Shown here piece by piece: positions 58,481 through 64,000 of a DNA stretch of 64,000 bases. The notes beneath the pieces are model-generated. The model searched no databases. It had not been told where the DNA came from and worked only from the letters and a program-made list of their open reading frames with translations. The stretch is from contig BQJC01000004.1 in assembly GCA_021604505.1 (NCBI GenBank), positions 170,278 through 234,277 of the forward strand. The letters are read 5' to 3'. Within the stretch, counting starts at the first letter, position 1. Every line of letters starts with the position of its first letter. A program made the translations under genes and the position numbers. This DNA is from Nitrospinaceae bacterium (GTDB lineage Bacteria > Nitrospinota > Nitrospinia > Nitrospinales > VA-1).

Positions 58481-58978
58481 ATGAAAAGAATACTTCTCTT
58501 ATTGGCTTTGTTCATTTTACTTGGCGGGAACCCCGCCACCGCCGGATCGGGCTACGAATACCAGCTCTACAAAAACAGCGAGGACTTTGGTATTGTAGTA
58601 TTTCCAAAGGAGAAGATTTTTGGCGATCTGAACGAATATATCGAATCCATTATTTTCAAAAAAGTCGAATCGGGTAAAGCGGTCATGCGGTCTGGCTCGA
58701 AGGGTGAAAATGAAACCTTCATGATGCCCCTGGAAACACAAAAAAAGCATGCCATTGAAAAGTTTCTGGTCATCCAGGTATTGTCGCAATACGAAGTGAT
58801 GATCGGAGTTTATGATCCTGAATGGGGCCTCACACTGCCTTCGGCGATTTTCGGCATGGAAGAAGTGAAAAAAAATATCCCCAAGACTCTGGATGTTTTC
58901 CGGGGAGACAACCCCAGAAAGGAAATTCTTTGGAGGGGAAGCTCTCAGTCCACTGCAGAAAACCCTGTTTATTTTTGA
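58481..58978 (+). CDS. secreted hypothetical protein (165 aa)
   Basis: Signal peptide MKRILLLLALFILLGGNPATAG. No recognised domain. Confidence 0.5.
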   Translation: MKRILLLLALFILLGGNPATAGSGYEYQLYKNSEDFGIVVFPKEKIFGDLNEYIESIIFKKVESGKAVMRSGSKGENETFMMPLETQKKHAIEKFLVIQVLSQYEVMIGVYDPEWGLTLPSAIFGMEEVKKNIPKTLDVFRGDNPRKEILWRGSSQSTAENPVYF

Positions 58979-59034
58979 AAAGAGAATTCTAAAAGCATCA
59001 AATAAATACCATTTTACGGGAGGTGATTTTCCCA

Positions 59035-59226
59035 ATGCCTGTTTATGAGTACCAATGCGAAAAATGCAAAAAGGCGTTTGAATTTTTGCAAAAAGTGAGC
59101 GACGAACCCATCACCAAGTGCGAAGAATGCGGAGGCCCGCTGCAAAAATGTTTTAACCAAATGAACTTTCATCTCTACGGGCCCGGATTTTATTCAACCG
59201 ATAACAAAAGGAAGTATTTAAAATAA
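59035..59226 (+). CDS. FmdB-family zinc-ribbon protein
   Basis: MPVYEYQCEKCKKAFE...CEECGG is the FmdB/CxxC_CxxC_SSSS signature. GGGAGGTG lies upstream of the ATG at 59035. Confidence 0.8.
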   Translation: MPVYEYQCEKCKKAFEFLQKVSDEPITKCEECGGPLQKCFNQMNFHLYGPGFYSTDNKRKYLK

Positions 59227-59256
59227 GCCACCTCCCCCATCCTTCAATATTTTTCT

Positions 59257-59664
59257 ATGATATACATTACAAGACGGCTGGAGTTCTGTGCCAGCCACCG
59301 CCTTTTCAATCCCAAATTTTCCGACAAAGAAAATGAAGAAATATTCGGGCTGTGCAACAACCCGAATGGGCATGGCCACAACTATGTTTTGGAAGTGACG
59401 GTCAAAGGAGAGATAGACCCTGAAACTGGAATGGTGCTGGATCTAAAAACCCTGAAAAAACTGATCAACCGGGAAATTGTTGAAAAGGTGGACCACAAAA
59501 ATTTCAACATGGATGTCGATTTTATGGATGGGGTGATCCCCACCGCTGAGAATATCGCCATCAAATTCTGGGATATTTTGGAGCCAAAAATTGATCACGG
59601 CACCCTCCACGAACTGAAGCTTTATGAATCCGAACGCAACTATGTCGTCTACCACGGGAGTTGA
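59257..59664 (+). CDS. queD: 6-carboxy-5,6,7,8-tetrahydropterin synthase / 6-pyruvoyl-tetrahydropterin synthase family
   Basis: FCASHRL...[11 protein letters not shown]...HKNFN pattern. Confidence 0.85.
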   Translation: MIYITRRLEFCASHRLFNPKFSDKENEEIFGLCNNPNGHGHNYVLEVTVKGEIDPETGMVLDLKTLKKLINREIVEKVDHKNFNMDVDFMDGVIPTAENIAIKFWDILEPKIDHGTLHELKLYESERNYVVYHGS

Positions 59665-60223
59665 TGTGCAAGATCTGATCACAAAATTGCTGGTTGATTT
59701 AGGAGAGAACCCTTCGCGGGAAGGACTGAAAAACACGCCTGAAAGAGTCGAAAAGTCGCTGAAGTTTCTGACCAGCGGGTATGCGACCAACGTCGATGAG
59801 TTGGTGAATGGCGCCCTTTACCATGAAGATTACGACGAAATGGTCATCATTAAAGAGATCGACTTATTCAGCCTGTGCGAACATCACATGCTGCCGTTTT
59901 TGGGGAAGTGCCACGTTGCCTACCTTCCCAAAGGCAAAGTCATCGGATTGAGCAAAGTTCCCCGCATCGTAGACACTTTCAGCCGAAGGCTTCAGGTACA
60001 GGAGCGCTTGACCAACCAGATCGCGGAAAGCCTCAACAATATTTTACAACCCAAGGGCGTGGGAGTGGTCATTGAAGCCCTGCATCTTTGCATGGCCATG
60101 CGTGGCGTGGAAAAACAAAGATCCTTCACCACCACCAGTTCCATGCTCGGCAGTTTTAAATCCGACGCCAGAACCCGGGGTGAATTTTTGAGCCTGATTC
60201 AGCCACAGGGGACGCGTTCTTAA
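59624..60223 (+). CDS. folE: GTP cyclohydrolase I
   Basis: [45 protein letters not shown]. Start is ambiguous: ATG at 59624 or 59642 both overlap queD, and an in-frame GTG at 59666 would not. Confidence 0.9.
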   Translation: MNPNATMSSTTGVDVQDLITKLLVDLGENPSREGLKNTPERVEKSLKFLTSGYATNVDELVNGALYHEDYDEMVIIKEIDLFSLCEHHMLPFLGKCHVAYLPKGKVIGLSKVPRIVDTFSRRLQVQERLTNQIAESLNNILQPKGVGVVIEALHLCMAMRGVEKQRSFTTTSSMLGSFKSDARTRGEFLSLIQPQGTRS

Positions 60224-60270
60224 CCTCGGAACTAACCTGACACCCACTAAAATAGGTAGAAAAACTTCGC

Positions 60271-61230
60271 TTGGACTCCACCACCAAAGAAATAATAATC
60301 GAAAATAACGATTTGATTCCCGATATTTTCGGAACCCACGACATCAATCTCAAACTGATCGAGAAGAAATTTGACGTCCGCATCACCACTCGGGGAAACC
60401 AGGTCAAAGTGACGGGGTCCCCCGATGCCACGGAAACAGTCAACCGTCTGCTGGTTCAACTGCAGAAATTATTCGAAGAAAAAACACCACCGCAAAATGG
60501 CGACATCAAATTCGCCATCCGCCTGATCGCCGACAATCCAAAGGTGGAATTAAAATCCGTCTTTTCCGAACGCGTGGTTCTGTCGCCGGGGCGGGGCTTT
60601 GTCTCACCCAAAGGACCGGCTCAAAGCCAGTTCATAAAAACCGGAAAACAAAAAGACATTATTTTCGCCATCGGACCTGCGGGCACAGGAAAAACTTATC
60701 TGGCAGTGGCCCTTGCGGTGGAAGGTCTTCTTAAAAACCGCTTCAAGAAAATCGTTTTGGTGCGTCCTGCCGTTGAAGCCGGAGAGAAACTGGGGTTTTT
60801 GCCGGGGGACATCTCCGATAAAATCCACCCCTATCTGATGCCGCTATACGATGCCTTGAACGACATGATGGAATCCAATCAGGTTTGGCAGATGATTGAG
60901 GACGGAATCATCGAGATTGCGCCCTTGGCCTATATGCGCGGGCGAACCCTCAACGATGCGTTCATCATCCTCGATGAAGCGCAAAATTCCACACGCGAAC
61001 AAATGAAAATGTTTCTGACCCGTTTGGGGTTCCGGTCCAAAATGGTAGTGACCGGAGACGTCACGCAAATCGATCTGGCACGTTCCAGCGACTCCGGTCT
61101 GATTCATGTGGAAAAACTATTGCAGGACGTTGAAGGCATTCAATTCATCTACTTCACCGAAAAGGATGTCGTCCGCCACGAACTGGTGAAAAAGATCATC
61201 ACCGCCTACGATAAAAACGGCGGCGGGTGA
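60271..61230 (+). CDS. phoH: PhoH-family ATPase
   Basis: Walker A GPAGTGKTYLAVA, GFLPGD, and ILDEAQN...VVTGDVTQIDL. TTG start as given by the ORF track. Confidence 0.92.
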   Translation: MDSTTKEIIIENNDLIPDIFGTHDINLKLIEKKFDVRITTRGNQVKVTGSPDATETVNRLLVQLQKLFEEKTPPQNGDIKFAIRLIADNPKVELKSVFSERVVLSPGRGFVSPKGPAQSQFIKTGKQKDIIFAIGPAGTGKTYLAVALAVEGLLKNRFKKIVLVRPAVEAGEKLGFLPGDISDKIHPYLMPLYDALNDMMESNQVWQMIEDGIIEIAPLAYMRGRTLNDAFIILDEAQNSTREQMKMFLTRLGFRSKMVVTGDVTQIDLARSSDSGLIHVEKLLQDVEGIQFIYFTEKDVVRHELVKKIITAYDKNGGG

Positions 61231-61328
61231 TCGCCCCCTCTGATGTTTCTCCCATGAAACCTCGAGATCTCTTTTCCAAAGCGCCCAAACTCCGGAAAAT
61301 CCACCCATCTTAAACCCACATTTCCCCT

Positions 61329-61796
61329 ATGGATATCCAGCTTCAAAACGACCAGGCGGTGCATGGCATTGACTCCGGGAAACTTGAAACGCATGCCAAA
61401 AAGATCATGCAGGCGTTGGGGCACAAGGAGGGGGAACTCAGCATTTTACTTGTAGACGACGCAAAAATTCGCAAACTGAATCAGCAATATCGAAATATGG
61501 ACTCGGCAACCGATGTTCTCTCCTTTCCCCAGAATGAAGGAGAAGACGCGGAATTCATTTCCCATATTCTCGGGGACGTGGTAATTTCTGTAGAAACGGC
61601 TGAGCGGCAGGCAAAAGAACATCGCTTCTCCCTGGACCAGGAGTTGGTTCTACTGCTCATTCACGGCACGCTTCACCTTTTGGGACACGACCACGAGCAT
61701 TCTCCTGAGGAAGAAAAAATTATGAAGCGAAAGACCTGGGAGTTATTTGACGCCATTTTTCCCGGCACGGCGCCTTCCGATTCCTGCCAGTATTGA
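61329..61796 (+). CDS. ybeY: rRNA maturation endoribonuclease YbeY
   Basis: HGTLHLLGHDHE zinc-binding motif. Position after phoH. Confidence 0.93.
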   Translation: MDIQLQNDQAVHGIDSGKLETHAKKIMQALGHKEGELSILLVDDAKIRKLNQQYRNMDSATDVLSFPQNEGEDAEFISHILGDVVISVETAERQAKEHRFSLDQELVLLLIHGTLHLLGHDHEHSPEEEKIMKRKTWELFDAIFPGTAPSDSCQY

Positions 61797-61825
61797 ACGG
61801 GTTTCACAAATAGGGAATTGCAACG

Positions 61826-62314
61826 ATGAAGCAAATTTGGGCCCCGTGGCGAATGGAGTACATCGAAGAAGATAAATCCGGCGAGTGCATTTTCTGCACC
61901 CTGCCCAGCGCCGAAGCAGATGAAAAAAATTTCATCCTCTACAGAGGAACTCACTGCTTCATCATCATGAACATTTTCCCTTATAACACCGGCCACATCA
62001 TGGTCTCCCCTTACAAGCACCTTTCGTGCATCACCCAGCTCGAGGAAAACGAGTTTTTCGAAATCAACCGCCTGACCCAGAAATGCGTCGAAATTCTGCG
62101 AGCCGTCAAATCGCCGGAGGGGTTCAACATCGGCGTCAACGTCGGTAAAGCCGGCGGCGCCGGGTTTGATGAGCACATCCACGTTCACATCGTCCCCCGC
62201 TGGAACGGGGACACCAATTACATGCCGGTTCTAGCCGAAACCAAAGTTCACCCGGAACACCTTCGAGCCACATACGATAATCTGTTGCCGCATTTTAATA
62301 ACATTTCCCTTTAG
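61826..62314 (+). CDS. HIT-family nucleotide hydrolase/transferase
   Basis: APWRMEYI N-terminus and histidine triad HIHVHIVPR. Confidence 0.88.
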   Translation: MKQIWAPWRMEYIEEDKSGECIFCTLPSAEADEKNFILYRGTHCFIIMNIFPYNTGHIMVSPYKHLSCITQLEENEFFEINRLTQKCVEILRAVKSPEGFNIGVNVGKAGGAGFDEHIHVHIVPRWNGDTNYMPVLAETKVHPEHLRATYDNLLPHFNNISL

Positions 62315-62323
62315 ATTTTCAGC

Positions 62324-64000
62324 ATGGCACCCGGAGAAAAGATCAGGGACCCGTCGGAAGACGAAACCCCGATGATGCAGCAGTACCAGCGCATCAAAAG
62401 GGAATGCTCCGATGCCCTTTTATTTTTCCGTATGGGAGACTTCTATGAAATGTTTAACGAAGACGCCAGGATCGCATCCCGCATCCTGGAAATTGCGCTT
62501 ACCTCGCGCAGTAAAAACAAAGCCAATTCGATCCCCATGTGCGGCGTGCCCCACCATGCCGCCAACGCCTACATCTCCAAACTGATCAAAGCCGGGAAAA
62601 AAGTCGCTCTCTGTGAACAAACCGAAGACCCTAAATTAGCTAAAGGTTTAGTGCGGCGCGAAATCGTCCGCATCGTGACACCGGGAACGGTCCTGGACGA
62701 TGCCCTTCTTGACCCCAAGAGCAACCACTTCGTGGTATCTCTGTTCTTTGGCAAAGACGGGCTGGGCCTTGCGGCCCTCGACATTTCCACCGGGCTGTTC
62801 AAAGTCACCGAAATCAATGGAGACAATACAAGTTCTTTCCTTGCGGACGAACTGGAGAAAATCGACCCCAGAGAGATTCTCGTTCCAGAGTCACGGGCAG
62901 GAGAAACCAACGGCAGCATGCCCTGGTCGGGCAACGAAAATATCTATGCCCACAGCGGTGAAGACTGGACGTTCTCTTTCGGCGAAGCCTACCGGAAATT
63001 GCTCGAGCATTTTAAAACCGGTTCTCTGGAAGGGTTTGGTTGCGAACATTTAAAGCTGGCGATCTCCGCCGCAGGAGCCCTGATCCATTACCTTCACGAG
63101 ACCCAGAAGTCCGCCCTTCAACACATCACCGCGCTTTCCACGTATCATATCGAAAACTCCATGCTTCTCGATCAGACCACCATCAAAAGCCTGGAATTGA
63201 TCCAGGCGAGCGATGGGAGCCGCAAAAATTCTCTGTTGGATTTATTGGAAACAACGCAAACCCCCATGGGCGCAAGAAGGGTCAAGGAGTGGATTCTCAA
63301 ACCGCTGATCGACCGGGAGGCCATCGAAGAACGTCTTTCACAGGTCCATGCGTTTGTGGAAAACCCGCTTCTCAGAAAAGACATGCGCGAGCAGTTGCAG
63401 AAAATTCACGATCTGGAACGTCTGGTCGGGCGAATTTCCCTGTCGATGTCAAGCCCCCGCGATTTGATGGCGCTTAAAAATTCCATCGAAACCTTTCCGT
63501 CCATTCTTGCACTGCTCAGCCGATTTCCCGCGGAAGCCGTTTCACAATATGCAGAAACCTGGGACAATCTCGAAGATGTATTTCGACTCATCGATGAAAA
63601 GATCGTGGACGAACCCCCAGCCACCTTGAAAGACGGGCATCTCATCAAACCGGGATGCGATCAGGAACTCGACCGGTTAAAATCGATCAGCAAAGATGGA
63701 AAAACCTGGATCGCCGCTCTCGAAACCAAAGAAAAAGAGCGGACCGGAATCCCGGTTTTAAAAGTCGGTTATAACAAAATCTACGGCTATTACATCGAAA
63801 TCACCAAAAAGAATATCGACCGCGTTCCTGCAGAATACATCCGCAAACAATCCCTGGTCAACGCCGAGCGCTACATCTCTCCGGAATTGAAAGAGTACGA
63901 AGTCGAAATCACCGGAGCGGAAGAAAAAATAACCGAGTTGGAATTTCAGCTCTTTCAAAAAATCCGGGAAGACATCTCCAGAGAAGGCCCGCGCATCCAG
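62324..64000 (+). CDS. mutS: DNA mismatch repair protein MutS (5' part, runs off the window)
   Basis: TPMMQQYQRIKRECSDALLFFRMGDFYEMFNEDA...MCGVPHHA. The frame stays open to nt 64000 (559 codons). Not in the ORF track because no stop lies within the window. Confidence 0.95.
   Translation, partial: MAPGEKIRDPSEDETPMMQQYQRIKRECSDALLFFRMGDFYEMFNEDARIASRILEIALTSRSKNKANSIPMCGVPHHAANAYISKLIKAGKKVALCEQTEDPKLAKGLVRREIVRIVTPGTVLDDALLDPKSNHFVVSLFFGKDGLGLAALDISTGLFKVTEINGDNTSSFLADELEKIDPREILVPESRAGETNGSMPWSGNENIYAHSGEDWTFSFGEAYRKLLEHFKTGSLEGFGCEHLKLAISAAGALIHYLHETQKSALQHITALSTYHIENSMLLDQTTIKSLELIQASDGSRKNSLLDLLETTQTPMGARRVKEWILKPLIDREAIEERLSQVHAFVENPLLRKDMREQLQKIHDLERLVGRISLSMSSPRDLMALKNSIETFPSILALLSRFPAEAVSQYAETWDNLEDVFRLIDEKIVDEPPATLKDGHLIKPGCDQELDRLKSISKDGKTWIAALETKEKERTGIPVLKVGYNKIYGYYIEITKKNIDRVPAEYIRKQSLVNAERYISPELKEYEVEITGAEEKITELEFQLFQKIREDISREGPRIQ

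Overview
64-kb stretch of a bacterial chromosome, densely coding, roughly 50-55% GC by eye. I found no rRNA, tRNA, CRISPR array, transposase or integrase. Most of it is housekeeping: hemB, birA, uvrA, a complete F1Fo ATP synthase operon (atpZ-B-E-F-H-A-G-D-C), holB, a PSP1/RicT-like gene, metG, sucCD, a four-subunit 2-oxoacid:ferredoxin oxidoreductase, ndk, queD, folE, phoH, ybeY, a HIT gene and the 5' part of mutS. The long UbiD-type decarboxylase, the OFOR plus sucCD, and the sigma54 and sigma28 promoters suggest a Nitrospinota/Nitrospirota- or deltaproteobacteria-like autotroph; this is only a guess from gene content. Between the core genes sit several poorly understood modules. (1) A 946-aa single-chain PD-ExK nuclease plus N6-adenine methyltransferase (Type IIG/IIL-like) lies in an AT-richer segment between sucCD and housekeeping genes. 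(2) A translationally coupled operon encodes a 1112-aa DUF4175-like coiled-coil membrane protein, a TPR/peptidase-MA protein and a MoxR AAA+ ATPase, with no DUF58 or VWA partner. (3) A divergent pair encodes an inactive-transglutaminase/7TM protein and a secreted retropepsin-like protease, without the ATP-grasp ligase that normally accompanies them. (4) An uncharacterised radical-SAM three-gene cassette. (5) A TatD hydrolase fused to a radical-SAM domain and coupled to metG. (6) A perfect sigma54 promoter upstream of a small acidic protein. Smaller items include a ParDE toxin-antitoxin pair, proteins with Lys/Ala-rich or Tyr/His-rich tails, and an AT-rich NlpI-like lipoprotein gene. All assignments rest on motif recognition by eye; no database searches or computations were run.
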